Source: a virus (Duplodnaviria > Caudoviricetes). Taken from it: DNA of 64,000 bases. Under the pieces are notes generated by a model. That model was not told where the DNA came from. It worked only from the letters and a program-made list of their open reading frames with translations, and made no database searches. How positions within the stretch are numbered: position 1 is the first letter of the stretch; each line of letters opens with the position of its first letter. Positions 1 through 8,756 of this stretch are shown here, piece after piece. Made by a program: the position numbers and the translations under genes. The stretch covers positions 1 to 64,000 of the IMG/VR virus record IMGVR_UViG_2582581314_000001; one strand, written 5' to 3'.

Positions 1-661
1 CCGACGCGGACAGCTCCCGCATCAGCTCGTCGAGGTCGACGCGCCGGAAGGAGCCCAGTCGTCGCACAAGTTGGGAGGCGAGGAAGGTCGGAAGGTTGGG
101 ATGCCCGTACGGCAGCGGAGCGTCAGGCTGCGCGACCACACGGACGCCGTCCTGTCCGTAGCCGTAGACGGTGCCGTGGACCCCGTACATGGGCGCGCTC
201 TGCGCCAGGTAGACCACGGGCCGGCCGTCGAGGTACGGGCACAGGCGAGCCGCGGGGACGATGTGCCGCCGACACAGCGGCGGCTGCGCGGTGATGACCG
301 ACGTCTTGTCGGCCTGGTCGTCATCGGGCCCCGCGAGGAAGACGAAACCCAGGGACGTTCGCGCGGGCTTCACACACACCTGGCACAGCAGCGACTGCAT
401 CGTCTCCCGCTGCCGGGCGGGGTGCATGAGCCTCCACCGGGGTTTGCCCGTCGGCATGTTGCCCTCGTCCCGGCGGGTCTGCGAGCAGCGGGACCACAGA
501 ACACCCCGCACGTCCCGGTCGTCGGGTTCCTCCTTCAGGTAGCGCAGTCGGGGCCGGTTGCTGGGCCATTCCCTGACGATGCTCAGGGTGTCCGGGGCGC
601 CTTCTTCACCTTCTCTGAGGGTGACGTAGGGCACCAGGCCTGGCTCGATAGACGTTGGCAC
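1..661 (-). CDS. Conserved actinobacterial hypothetical protein with Cys/His motifs (3' end runs off the window)
   Basis: Hand translation from GTG at 661 is open to the window edge: VPTSIEPGLVPYVT...LWSRC...HPARQRETMQSLLCQVC...TAQPPLCRRH...CPYL. It is missing from the ORF track because no stop lies in the window. Confidence 0.75.
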   Translation of the reverse strand, partial: MPTSIEPGLVPYVTLREGEEGAPDTLSIVREWPSNRPRLRYLKEEPDDRDVRGVLWSRCSQTRRDEGNMPTGKPRWRLMHPARQRETMQSLLCQVCVKPARTSLGFVFLAGPDDDQADKTSVITAQPPLCRRHIVPAARLCPYLDGRPVVYLAQSAPMYGVHGTVYGYGQDGVRVVAQPDAPLPYGHPNLPTFLASQLVRRLGSFRRVDLDELMRELSAS

Positions 662-706
662 GGAGTCGTCTTCTCTCTGGTCTGTGTCGTAGCGGGGTGA
701 CGTGCC

Positions 707-1135
707 TCAAGCCGCCGCCTTGAGGCACTGGTTCTCCACCAGCCGCTCAAGGAGTTCGTTCACGGTCCACGCCATCCGGCGCACGTGGCCGACGGCTTGC
801 CGGTGGTCCCCGGGCAGTTCCTCGTCCCGTATCTCGCGCCCGGTGGTGACGAGCTCGGCGACCTCCTGGTCCTGCTCGTCCGCCTGGGAAGTGACCGCGA
901 GGTTCACGAGCCGCATCAAGTGGCCGCGGAGCCGGAGCGCGATGTCCTCCACGTCGTCCTCGGTCGGTGTGTAGTCGTCCAGGACGATCGCGAGGTCGTC
1001 GAGCAGGAGGCCATCCACGTACGGCGCCCACTGCTGGACTTTCTTGAGGACCCACCGGAGCCGGTCCGGGTCAAAGGGCCTGTCGGCCGGCCGCACCGAG
1101 TGCTCCCAGCGCGGGGCTGTCTCCGTGGCCATCAT
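707..1135 (-). CDS. Hypothetical protein, DUF6415-like, typical of Streptomyces XRE/ATP-binding clusters
   Basis: ORF 707..1168; ATG at 1135 overlaps the upstream stop (ATGA); LRGHLMRL and HVRRMAWTVNELL motifs. Confidence 0.6.
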   Translation of the reverse strand: MMATETAPRWEHSVRPADRPFDPDRLRWVLKKVQQWAPYVDGLLLDDLAIVLDDYTPTEDDVEDIALRLRGHLMRLVNLAVTSQADEQDQEVAELVTTGREIRDEELPGDHRQAVGHVRRMAWTVNELLERLVENQCLKAAA

Positions 1136-1611
1136 GACGCCTCCGCCGTGGGGACCTTGAGACGGCACCAGGTGGTCGCGCCGGCGTCTCTGGCCCCCCA
1201 GGTTCCGCCGTTCTCCTGCACGATGTACTCAACGAGCGCGAGCCCCCGCCCCGACTCGGCGTCCGCGTCCGTCTGCTTAGGCCCGGCGCAACCCGGCATG
1301 CCGTCACCGACGGCGATGTGCAGGTCGTCCTTCTCGACGGTGATGGTCAAGGTGATCTGCGTGGTGCCAGAGTGCTGAAGCGCGTTCGTGAGCAGCTCTG
1401 AGACGATCAGCATTACCTCGTCGTGCAGCACCTCAAGGCGGCAGTGTCTGAGGCGGGCGGCCGCAATCCGGCGCATGATGCCGACGCGGACGGCGTCCTC
1501 GGCGCGGGGATCGTCGTCGCCGTGGTGGGGAACGACGCGGAGGGTCTCGTTCAGCACGTCGCCGCCGCGGTGGGGGAACGCGCGGAGTGGGCGCGTAGCT
1601 GTCGTCGTCAT
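1132..1611 (-). CDS. ATP-binding protein (HATPase_c, anti-sigma-factor-like)
   Basis: IVSELLTNALQH (N box), VGDG (G1), ESGRGLALV (G2), TWG...TW. Confidence 0.85.
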   Translation of the reverse strand: MTTTATRPLRAFPHRGGDVLNETLRVVPHHGDDDPRAEDAVRVGIMRRIAAARLRHCRLEVLHDEVMLIVSELLTNALQHSGTTQITLTITVEKDDLHIAVGDGMPGCAGPKQTDADAESGRGLALVEYIVQENGGTWGARDAGATTWCRLKVPTAEAS

Positions 1612-1774
1612 CCCTGCCCCTCGGTGGTTGTCTGCCAAGGCGGGCCATCTCCTATGAGGGCAGGGGACGTTCCCGCGCCACCGGCCCGGGGCGTAGCCCG
1701 ACGCGGTGCATGTTCAGTTCAACGGGCAGGAGCAGGTAAGGGGCAGGAAAAACCGCGGGTTAGTGGTCGCAGCC

Positions 1775-1851
1775 GACCGGAAATTTCCGGTGGTCCGCGT
1801 TCACCGATCATCAGCGCGGAGCTACGGTGAGTAGGTGACCGGAAATTTCCG
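1775..1851. promoter_or_regulatory. Two copies of a palindromic operator (ACCGGAAATTTCCG[GT]) plus a -10 box of a leaderless promoter
   Basis: Perfect 16-bp palindrome at 1776-1791, second copy at 1838-1851; TACGGT at 1823-1828 lies 6 nt before the GTG at 1835. Confidence 0.65.
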
Positions 1852-3094
1852 CCTCAAGATCGCCATGGCCGAACGAGGCTTTCAACAGGCCGAGTTAGCC
1901 AAGGCGGTCAATGCTGAGCTACTGGCCGTAGGTGAGCGGGACAGCGTGGGGGACCGCACCGTACGGACGTGGCTGACCGGAAAAACTACGTGGCCTCACC
2001 GTGCCAAGCGCACCGCCTTGGAGGCAGTATTTCGGTGCACCGTCGAGGCCCTCGGGTTCTACCCGCCAGGGTCGCCCGCACCACCGCAGGAGGACCCGGA
2101 CGTGATCCGCCGCCGCTTCCTTACCGGCGCCGGAGGTACCGCCGCCGCCGTCGCCATACCCATCGTTTCCGCTCGGCCATCCAACGTCGGCACCTCGGAC
2201 GTGATCCGACTCCGCAAGGGCATGGACGGCCTGACCGCCCTTGATCAGAAACGGGGCGGACACGCCGACCTCGAACGTGACGCTCTCGGCGGCGCGGCCG
2301 AAGCCGTCACTCTTCAAGGCAAGGCCGCAACGCAGCGGATCAGGCAACGCCTGTTCAGTGTCGCCGCCGACTACACCGCTATGGCCGCCTGGTCCTGCAT
2401 CGACGCCCGCCAGCTCGACCGCGCGCAGACCCATCTGAACGAGGCGCTCCGGCTCGCCGGGATGGCACAGGACCCCGTGGCACAGATGCGGGTATGGAAC
2501 TCCACCGCCATCCTCGCCCACCAGCGCGGCGACAGCGGACAGGGCCTCGCCGCCGCTCAGGCTGCACAGTCCACCGCGATCACACGCCATGATCCGCTCT
2601 TTGGCTCTCTCGCCCACGCCCGATCCGCCGTCAGTCACGCCGAACGCGGGGACCATCGAGCAGCCATCCGCTCACTCGGATACGCCGAGGAGGCCCTTGG
2701 CAAAGCGCAGCAGCAGCCGCGGCCGGCCTGGGTGGCGTTTTACGGGCCCGCAGAACTTCACGCCCTGGCCGCGGTCGTCCGCGAGTTCCTCGGACAACCG
2801 GCCGACGCTGAAGCCGCTTCATTCCGGGCTCTTGCCGCCCTGCCGAAGGAGTACCGGCGCAACCGGGCGATGGCCACGGTCCACCTCGCCATCGCACAGC
2901 TCCACCAGGGCGACGCCGAGCAGGCGTGCGCGTCCACCGAGGGAGTGTTCAACCTGATGTACGGCAGCCCAATGCCTGGCCGCCTCCGGGTCTTGCTCGG
3001 CGATTTCTACCGTGACCTTCTCACCCTTGCGCCGTCTGCCCAGGTGGCGCGGGAGTGGGCCGACCGATACCGATCCGAATGGAGCGCCCGTTGA
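1835..3094 (+). CDS. XRE-family HTH regulator with TPR-like helical C-terminus (NsdA-like); contains an in-frame TTA codon
   Basis: N-terminal HTH (QAELAKAVN...RTVRTWLTG...WP), RRRFL segment, helical repeats; TTA at 1895-1897. Confidence 0.8.
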   Translation: MTGNFRLKIAMAERGFQQAELAKAVNAELLAVGERDSVGDRTVRTWLTGKTTWPHRAKRTALEAVFRCTVEALGFYPPGSPAPPQEDPDVIRRRFLTGAGGTAAAVAIPIVSARPSNVGTSDVIRLRKGMDGLTALDQKRGGHADLERDALGGAAEAVTLQGKAATQRIRQRLFSVAADYTAMAAWSCIDARQLDRAQTHLNEALRLAGMAQDPVAQMRVWNSTAILAHQRGDSGQGLAAAQAAQSTAITRHDPLFGSLAHARSAVSHAERGDHRAAIRSLGYAEEALGKAQQQPRPAWVAFYGPAELHALAAVVREFLGQPADAEAASFRALAALPKEYRRNRAMATVHLAIAQLHQGDAEQACASTEGVFNLMYGSPMPGRLRVLLGDFYRDLLTLAPSAQVAREWADRYRSEWSAR

Positions 3095-3618
3095 CCACGG
3101 CAGTTCAGCTACGCCGCTACGGCCATGCCGACCTTCCCGACATCCGGCAAACCCTGCTCGACGTTCACGCCGACGCCTACGCCGACAGGCGCCACGAGGA
3201 GTTCGTGCAGCGGTTCCCCTGGTTCGTGGACCACTGGGGCGGTCGGGAAGAGTTCGCGTGCGTGGTCGCCTACGAGGACGGCGAGCCCGTCGGGTTCACC
3301 TACGGGGCACCTGGCGAGCCTGGCCGCGAATGGTGGCGTGAGTACCTGGACGAGGAGCCGGCCGATACGACCACCTTCTCCGTCTCGGAACTCATGCTCA
3401 GGCCGAAGTGGCGCAAGCAGGGTCTCGGGGAGCAGATGCATGCCGCACTGCTCGCCGACCGGCCAGAAGCGCTTGCCGTGCTCACCGTCGACACCAAACG
3501 GCCACGCTTGCAGGCACTGTACGAGAGCTGGGGGTATCGGAAGGTTGGTGAGCGGCAACCGTTCCCGGACTCTCCGCTGTACGCCGTGATGCTCAAGGAA
3601 CTCAAGCCCGCAGCCTGA
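3091..3618 (+). CDS. GNAT acetyltransferase
   Basis: ELMLRPKWRKQGLG acetyl-CoA motif and ALYESWGY; TTG start overlaps the regulator stop. Confidence 0.85.
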   Translation: MTTAVQLRRYGHADLPDIRQTLLDVHADAYADRRHEEFVQRFPWFVDHWGGREEFACVVAYEDGEPVGFTYGAPGEPGREWWREYLDEEPADTTTFSVSELMLRPKWRKQGLGEQMHAALLADRPEALAVLTVDTKRPRLQALYESWGYRKVGERQPFPDSPLYAVMLKELKPAA

Positions 3619-3630
3619 CCCCGCACTACT

Positions 3631-3666
3631 GCGGCCCGCCCCTCGCTCCGCCCGGGGGCGGGCCGT
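3631..3666 (+). terminator. GC-rich hairpin between convergent genes
   Basis: gcggcccgcccc...ggggcgggccgt inverted repeat. Confidence 0.55.
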
Positions 3667-3679
3667 CGGTCAGGAGCGA

Positions 3680-3877
3680 TCAGGCGTTGTAGCCCTTCTG
3701 TCGCACACCCGGCCCCCACTTCGCCGCTCGCTTCACGAAGCAGTCCCGACACAGCGGGTTGGCGCCGCTTCCGTAACGCTTGCACTTGGCGGAGCAGTTG
3801 GCGCACAGCCCCTCTTCAGAAGGGCCCCACACCGGCATCGGATAGTCCCTCAACGGTGTCTCTGGGGGTGTGGCCAT
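3680..3877 (-). CDS. Small Cys-rich (Zn-binding) hypothetical protein
   Basis: CANC...C...CRDC. Confidence 0.5.
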   Translation of the reverse strand: MATPPETPLRDYPMPVWGPSEEGLCANCSAKCKRYGSGANPLCRDCFVKRAAKWGPGVRQKGYNA

Positions 3878-3984
3878 GGTGCGCGTCCGTTCTACATGGG
3901 CGATGTGCGGTGGTATCGCCTCGAACGCAGAATAGAACACCCCGGCCTCGGTGCCCTGTCAGTGGCGCGCTTTACGGTGGGGTC

Positions 3985-4158
3985 ATGCCCTCCCCCTCCT
4001 GGCCTCACGGCCTGGTGCGCCCTGCCCCCGACGACATCAACGACCGCATCCGTAGCCTCATGGACCAGCCCGCCGGCGGACAGCGGTCCGCGGCGTACGC
4101 GGATCTCCTCGCCCTGTGGGCGGAGGTCACCAAGGACGACGTGGAGCAGGCCGCATAA
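3985..4158 (+). CDS. Small hypothetical protein, probably leaderless
   Basis: TACGGT-N6-ATG; INDRIRSLM...YADLLALW. Confidence 0.5.
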   Translation: MPSPSWPHGLVRPAPDDINDRIRSLMDQPAGGQRSAAYADLLALWAEVTKDDVEQAA

Positions 4159-4288
4159 ATCAAGGACGCCCCGCCCGAGGAGCAACGGGCAGAGCGTCCG
4201 GGGTGTCCGAGCAGCGCACCAAGCGGCCAGCAGAAGCACGTTTTCAGGACACCCCCAACGTACCGGCCGCCACCGACAACCGGGCCGG

Positions 4289-4753
4289 TCAGCGCTGCGG
4301 CTCCGGCTCCGGCTCCCGGGAGTCCACACGCCGCTTGAGCGGCTCCTGCCCGGGGTGCGCCGCACGGTAGTGGTCCCGCATGGCCTCCTCGATGCGCGCC
4401 TCCCGCGCCGCCTCCCGCTGCTCCGCCTCCGCGGAGATGGCGGCCGCCACGTCCTCGCTCGTGAAGTTCGCTGGCAGAACCCACGGGCCGGGCAACTCGA
4501 GGTAGGGGCACTCGTCGTGGAACCAGCCGCAGCCGGTCATGCAGTGGTATCGCACCATCCCGGACTGCGGGTGCCGGAGGCCGTACGGGAGCGCCGGCGG
4601 AGGCACAGTGGTGAACTCCGGCTCCCGAGCCTCCGGGCGGGGCGCGGTGGCCGCCTCCCACCACTGCCGCATCATGGCCTCAGCGACCGGTGCAGGCAGC
4701 TCGGCGAGCATCTGCTCCGCCTGCTTCAACGGTTCATCCATGGTCGTCAGCAT
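4289..4753 (-). CDS. Hypothetical phage protein
   Basis: 154-aa ORF directly after ku, CxxxC-H motif. Confidence 0.55.
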   Translation of the reverse strand: MLTTMDEPLKQAEQMLAELPAPVAEAMMRQWWEAATAPRPEAREPEFTTVPPPALPYGLRHPQSGMVRYHCMTGCGWFHDECPYLELPGPWVLPANFTSEDVAAAISAEAEQREAAREARIEEAMRDHYRAAHPGQEPLKRRVDSREPEPEPQR

Positions 4754-4757
4754 GGCA

Positions 4758-5519
4758 CTATCGGCTGTCGTCCCGCGCGTGTCGGATGCTGGCCTCCAGC
4801 GCGGCCATCAGGTCGACGGCGGGCTCCGGCTCGGGCAGCTCGGCGAGCTCCCCGCCGGTGGCCTTCGCGGTGACGAGCTGCTGGAGGGCCTGCGCGTAGT
4901 CGTCGTGAAGGTCGGCGAGGTCGACGCCGGCGAGCGCGTCCATGAGCACCTCGGCGAGTGTCAGCTCCCGGTCCGTGACCGGCGCGGTGCTCGCCAGGTC
5001 GCCGGGGTCGCGTATCTCCTGGGGCCAGCGCAGGGTGTGGCAGGTGAGGATTCCGTGCCGGGGCCGCAGGACTGCCAGCCGCTCCCTCGTCGTCAGTGTG
5101 ATCTTGCAGACGGCGACTGTGCCGTGCCGTGCCAGGGCTTCCACCAGCAGCGCGTACGGGCGCTGCGCGGCGGGCCCATCCGCCGCCGCGTTGTACGGCG
5201 TGGCATACATGATCGGGTCAACATCGCTGTCGGCGACGAACCCCAGAACCTCGGCCGTCTTGCGGGTCGGCAGCGGCAGGTGGGCCATGTCCTCGTCGCG
5301 TAGTACGACCATGCGACCGTCCGGCGCTTCCCATCCGCGCGCGATCTCCCACTGGGGCACCTCCTGGTCCTCACGCTCGCAAACGCGACGGTGCCGGATC
5401 CGCCCACCGCACGTGTGGACCTGGTGGAGCACCGGGCCAATCTCCTCCGTAGCCGCGTAGAGCCTCACGGGAATCGCGACCAGGCCAAACACCACGTGAC
5501 CGGTCCATACAGCGCGCAT
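4758..5519 (-). CDS. ku: Ku (NHEJ DNA end-binding) protein, phage-type without a long C-terminal tail
   Basis: MRAVWTGHVVFGLVAIPVRLY, ARGWE, RERLAVLRP, LRWPQEIR, DLMAALEAS. Confidence 0.92.
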   Translation of the reverse strand: MRAVWTGHVVFGLVAIPVRLYAATEEIGPVLHQVHTCGGRIRHRRVCEREDQEVPQWEIARGWEAPDGRMVVLRDEDMAHLPLPTRKTAEVLGFVADSDVDPIMYATPYNAAADGPAAQRPYALLVEALARHGTVAVCKITLTTRERLAVLRPRHGILTCHTLRWPQEIRDPGDLASTAPVTDRELTLAEVLMDALAGVDLADLHDDYAQALQQLVTAKATGGELAELPEPEPAVDLMAALEASIRHARDDSR

Positions 5520-5582
5520 ACCGCCAGTGTGCAAGCCGTGGGTCCACAGCGCGCGGCGAGCGGGGACCGCTGCCGGCGCAAA

Positions 5583-5618
5583 CGAACGCCCGCCCCGGAG
5601 CGGAAGGGCGGGCGTTCG
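5583..5618 (-). terminator. Hairpin ending the lysis cassette
   Basis: cgaacgcccgccc...gggcgggcgttcg, 13-bp stem. Confidence 0.6.
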
Positions 5619-5641
5619 GTCATGAGGGCGCGGGCGAGGCC

Positions 5642-5929
5642 TCACTTGAGTACGAACGCCAGGACGCCGGACACGGCACCGACCACGCCGGTGAGTGCAC
5701 CGACGGCCGGAAGCGGCCACCGGTTGCGCTTGAGCTCCTCCACGTCGTTCCTGAGCTTCTCCAGCTCGCCCTCGAAGTCGGCGCGCAGCTGACGAACGTC
5801 TTGGTCGGTGCGGTTCGTCCGCTCGACGAGGACCGCGAGGGAACCCTTGATGTCGGCGAGGCCCGTACGGATCTCCCCTCGTAGTTCGGACAGCTCGACC
5901 GCGAGCTCGGTCTGCCCCGGGGCGCTCAC
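5642..5929 (-). CDS. Coiled-coil protein with C-terminal TM helix (lysis-associated)
   Basis: Follows the holin; heptad-rich N-terminus and hydrophobic C-terminus. Confidence 0.7.
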   Translation of the reverse strand: MSAPGQTELAVELSELRGEIRTGLADIKGSLAVLVERTNRTDQDVRQLRADFEGELEKLRNDVEELKRNRWPLPAVGALTGVVGAVSGVLAFVLK

Positions 5930-6156
5930 CCCTTCCTGCCCTTGGCGTCCTCCGTGAGGCCCGGTCCGTTCGCGTTGCCGACGGCGAGCGCGATGAGCAC
6001 GGTCATGACCGCCGACCCGGCGGCCAGTGACAGCCCGTCCGACCAGGGCGCGTCCACGATGCCGACCTTGTCCAGGCCCAGCGACGCGACCAGCACGCCA
6101 GCGGCGGTGCGGACAGCGCGCTCACCGGTGGCCTTCCAAAAAGCACGGGTGAACAT
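5926..6156 (-). CDS. Holin (r1t-like)
   Basis: MFTRAFWKATGERAVRTAA, two TM segments, located after the endolysin. Confidence 0.85.
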   Translation of the reverse strand: MFTRAFWKATGERAVRTAAGVLVASLGLDKVGIVDAPWSDGLSLAAGSAVMTVLIALAVGNANGPGLTEDAKGRKG

Positions 6157-6172
6157 GGGGTACCCCCTCCTG

Positions 6173-6454
6173 CTAGACCTTCGGAACCTTGAGGCAGTCC
6201 CACGAGCTGCGGCCCGGGGGCCACGTCGCGGCGAGCCCGGTAGCACCGAGCTGCTGCGCGAACACCTCGTAGGACTTCACATGCGCCAGCGTCAGAACGG
6301 GCCCGGGCCCCTCCTCGAGCTGGCCGCAGCCCACCGCCACGAGGCGCTGCCCCATGGCCGTCCGTGACCGCTTACCGATGGCGGGCCGGAAGCCGTTCAT
6401 GAAGAACGAGGCGCCCGGGTACGGCTGGTGCGCGGGCATCCCGCTGGACGCCAC
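6173..6454 (-). CDS. Stand-alone copy of the endolysin C-terminal cell-wall-binding domain
   Basis: PYPGASFFMNG.RPA.GKRS...WPPGR.SWD.L.VP closely matches the endolysin C-terminus; GGGAG RBS before GTG at 6454. Confidence 0.65.
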   Translation of the reverse strand: MASSGMPAHQPYPGASFFMNGFRPAIGKRSRTAMGQRLVAVGCGQLEEGPGPVLTLAHVKSYEVFAQQLGATGLAATWPPGRSSWDCLKVPKV

Positions 6455-6472
6455 GGTGAGGCTCCCTTCCAC

Positions 6473-7285
6473 TCAGACGTTCGGCACGCGGAGCTTGTCC
6501 CACGTGGTCCGGCCGGGCGGCCACTTCGCGTCCGCACCGCTGAACCCGCACTTGCGCTGCCATGCCTCGTAGGAGTCGACGTCGGCCTGCCCGAGCACCG
6601 GGCCGGGGCCGACCTTGTACCGGCCGCACCCCTCCGCCACGAGCCGCTTCCCCATGGCGGTGAAGATCGGGGAGCGCTTGCCGAGCGCCGGCCGCGTCCC
6701 GTTGAGGAAGAACGAAGCGCCGGGGTACGGCTCGGTCGTCGGCTTGCCCGGTGCGGTGCCGGTGGCGCGGGCGACGATCCCGGGGAACACCACATCGTGG
6801 AACTGCCGCACCCGGGCATCCCCCGGGCAGGAGTGGCCATCGGGGTTCCACGCCGAGAACATCCGGTGGTAGCCGAACCCGGGATCGTCCGCGCTGCGGC
6901 ACAGGCGCAACGGGATGGCGTGCTCCTGGTGGAGCCAGACGCCGAGCCGGATCAGCGTTTCGACCTGCTGGGCCGTCCACGGGTCCGACGCCTGGAGGTT
7001 GGATGCCGACTCCAGGGAGACGGCTCCGGTGCCGTCGGCGCGCCGGTTCGCCGCGGCGTTGGCGTCCGCACGGGTCTGGGTGCCGATGAACTGCCCGAGG
7101 CTGCCGTCGTAGCCGAGGCCGAAGTGTGATTCGAGGTTCGTCGAGTCGCGCCAGTACTCATAGGTCCGCTCGGGTGTCCACGGGGCGACGATGCTGTGCG
7201 CGATGAACTGCGTGGGCCGGATCGCCGGCTGGTCATCCGACTCCGGCTGGAGTTCCATCTTCTTCGCGAACGGACACCAGGCCAC
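6473..7285 (-). CDS. Endolysin, N-acetylmuramoyl-L-alanine amidase with C-terminal binding domain
   Basis: AHS, SHF, SLE, GYHR and SCPG Zn-amidase motifs; AGGAGG RBS before GTG at 7285. Confidence 0.85.
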   Translation of the reverse strand: MAWCPFAKKMELQPESDDQPAIRPTQFIAHSIVAPWTPERTYEYWRDSTNLESHFGLGYDGSLGQFIGTQTRADANAAANRRADGTGAVSLESASNLQASDPWTAQQVETLIRLGVWLHQEHAIPLRLCRSADDPGFGYHRMFSAWNPDGHSCPGDARVRQFHDVVFPGIVARATGTAPGKPTTEPYPGASFFLNGTRPALGKRSPIFTAMGKRLVAEGCGRYKVGPGPVLGQADVDSYEAWQRKCGFSGADAKWPPGRTTWDKLRVPNV

Positions 7286-7310
7286 CGTCAGACCTCCTTG
7301 CGGTGAGGAG

Positions 7311-7346
7311 GCCCGGCCCAAAACCAGCAGCTCAGTGGGAAGTGTA
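7311..7346 (-). promoter_or_regulatory. Late element copy 1: TACACT-N9-GCTGCTGGTTTTGGGCCGGGC
   Basis: One of 10 copies; upstream of the endolysin. Confidence 0.8.
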
Positions 7347-7359
7347 AAGCCCCAGTGCT

Positions 7360-7659
7360 CTACGCGTTCTCTTCGATCTTCGGCTGGGGCGCTGTGTAGC
7401 CGGACAGGGTCTGCGCGACATCCGGAGTGAAGCCCGCCGCCACGAGCGCGTCGTACGCGTCCTTGTGGCGCGCGTTCTCCTGCGCCTGGGTGTCGGCCTG
7501 GCGCTGCTCCTGGGCCGCCTCGATCGCCGCTTTCTTCGCAGCGTAGTCCGCCGCCGTCAGCAGCGTCACGCCCTGCGGGTGAACCGGGTTGTCTGCGGTC
7601 GTGACGCGCTCGGCCACCGAGCCGTCCGGGTACTCGTAGTAGAAGGTCTGTTCTTCCAT
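7360..7659 (-). CDS. Small protein following a tail-fibre-like gene (possible chaperone)
   Basis: YEYPDGS...AL...G...A..LSGY; paralogous to 8424..8756. Confidence 0.7.
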   Translation of the reverse strand: MEEQTFYYEYPDGSVAERVTTADNPVHPQGVTLLTAADYAAKKAAIEAAQEQRQADTQAQENARHKDAYDALVAAGFTPDVAQTLSGYTAPQPKIEENA

Positions 7660-7672
7660 GGCTGGGCTCCCG

Positions 7673-8362
7673 TCAGCTGAACTGGTTGGACCAGACCCAC
7701 GCGCGCAGCGACTTCTGGATGCGGGTGATCGTCGCGCCGCCGCTGCCGCGACCGGCTTCGATGTCCATCGTGATCGTGCGCGTCTCCCCCGGGTTCAGCG
7801 TGAACACGGTGATCTTGTTGTCCTGTGAGTGGGTGCTGAAGATCGTCGCGTTGCCCTGGTTGCCCAGATAGTTCATGTTGTCGCCGTCGATGCCGGCCAT
7901 GGCGCCCGAGCCCGGCGGCAGTGTGAAGTCGAGGTCGACCTCACGAAACAGCAGTCCCAGTCCGCGGCGGCACGGGTCCGGGTTCCTGATGTCGATCGAG
8001 ATCGTGTCGATGACCGCCGATGCTGCGGTAGGCACCGGGAGCGGTGTGCTCAACGCGGTGGTGAGCTGGTCCCCTTGGAAGTCCGCCCAGTAGGGGGGAT
8101 CGGTGCGCAGTTCGCCCGTGACGGGGTCGCAGTACACGCCTCCGGCGGCGGCATCGAGGTCGCACGCGTACGCCCATGTGCCGACGTGCGCGGCGAGGGG
8201 AGCCGACTCGGTGCCGTCACCGGTCAGACCGCAACCGGTCACCGGCGGCTTCGCGCTGATGACGTAGGGGTTCGTCGTGCTGCCACTGCCGACGACCACG
8301 ACGCCAGTACCCGCAGTGACGGTGCACGCGCATCTGCGGCTGCCGCACCCGCAACCGGCCAA
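7673..8362 (-). CDS. Minor tail/fibre-like protein (paralog A)
   Basis: TTG start with GAGGAG RBS; GSGS..NPYVISA and GCGLTGDG..SAP motifs. Confidence 0.7.
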   Translation of the reverse strand: MAGCGCGSRRCACTVTAGTGVVVVGSGSTTNPYVISAKPPVTGCGLTGDGTESAPLAAHVGTWAYACDLDAAAGGVYCDPVTGELRTDPPYWADFQGDQLTTALSTPLPVPTAASAVIDTISIDIRNPDPCRRGLGLLFREVDLDFTLPPGSGAMAGIDGDNMNYLGNQGNATIFSTHSQDNKITVFTLNPGETRTITMDIEAGRGSGGATITRIQKSLRAWVWSNQFS

Positions 8363-8391
8363 GGGGACCACTCCTCATGCGGAGAGTTCTC

Positions 8392-8426
8392 GCCCGGCCC
8401 ACAACCAGCGGCTACCTGGGAGTCTA
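8392..8426 (-). promoter_or_regulatory. Late element copy 2: TAGACT-N8-GCCGCTGGTTGTGGGCCGGGC
   Basis: Repeat family; the -10 overlaps the upstream stop codon. Confidence 0.8.
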
Positions 8427-8756
8427 ACTTTCCTTCCGGGCTGGTCCGCCGTAGCCGGACAGGCGGCGCGCGGTCTCCTCGGCGAGGCCGAGCAGGGTGA
8501 GCGCCGTGTAGTCCGCGTGGGCCAGCCCCTGCTGCATGGCTTCCTCGTCGGCGAGGACCGCGGCCTCCAGGTCCTCCATCGCCTTGACCCGAGCCAGGTA
8601 GTCCGCCTCCTCAACGAAGCAGCCGGGGCGGGACAGTTCGGGTGCGGCACCGGTGGTGACTTCGATACGGCCGGCTGTGCCGTCCTCGTAAATGACGTGG
8701 TAGACGGCCGATACAGGTTCGGCCGGCGCGACGCTTTCAAGCATGGTCGTCCTCAC
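8424..8756 (-). CDS. Small protein following a tail-fibre-like gene (possible chaperone)
   Basis: YEDGT...AL..LG...ARRLSGY. Confidence 0.7.
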   Translation of the reverse strand: MRTTMLESVAPAEPVSAVYHVIYEDGTAGRIEVTTGAAPELSRPGCFVEEADYLARVKAMEDLEAAVLADEEAMQQGLAHADYTALTLLGLAEETARRLSGYGGPARKES

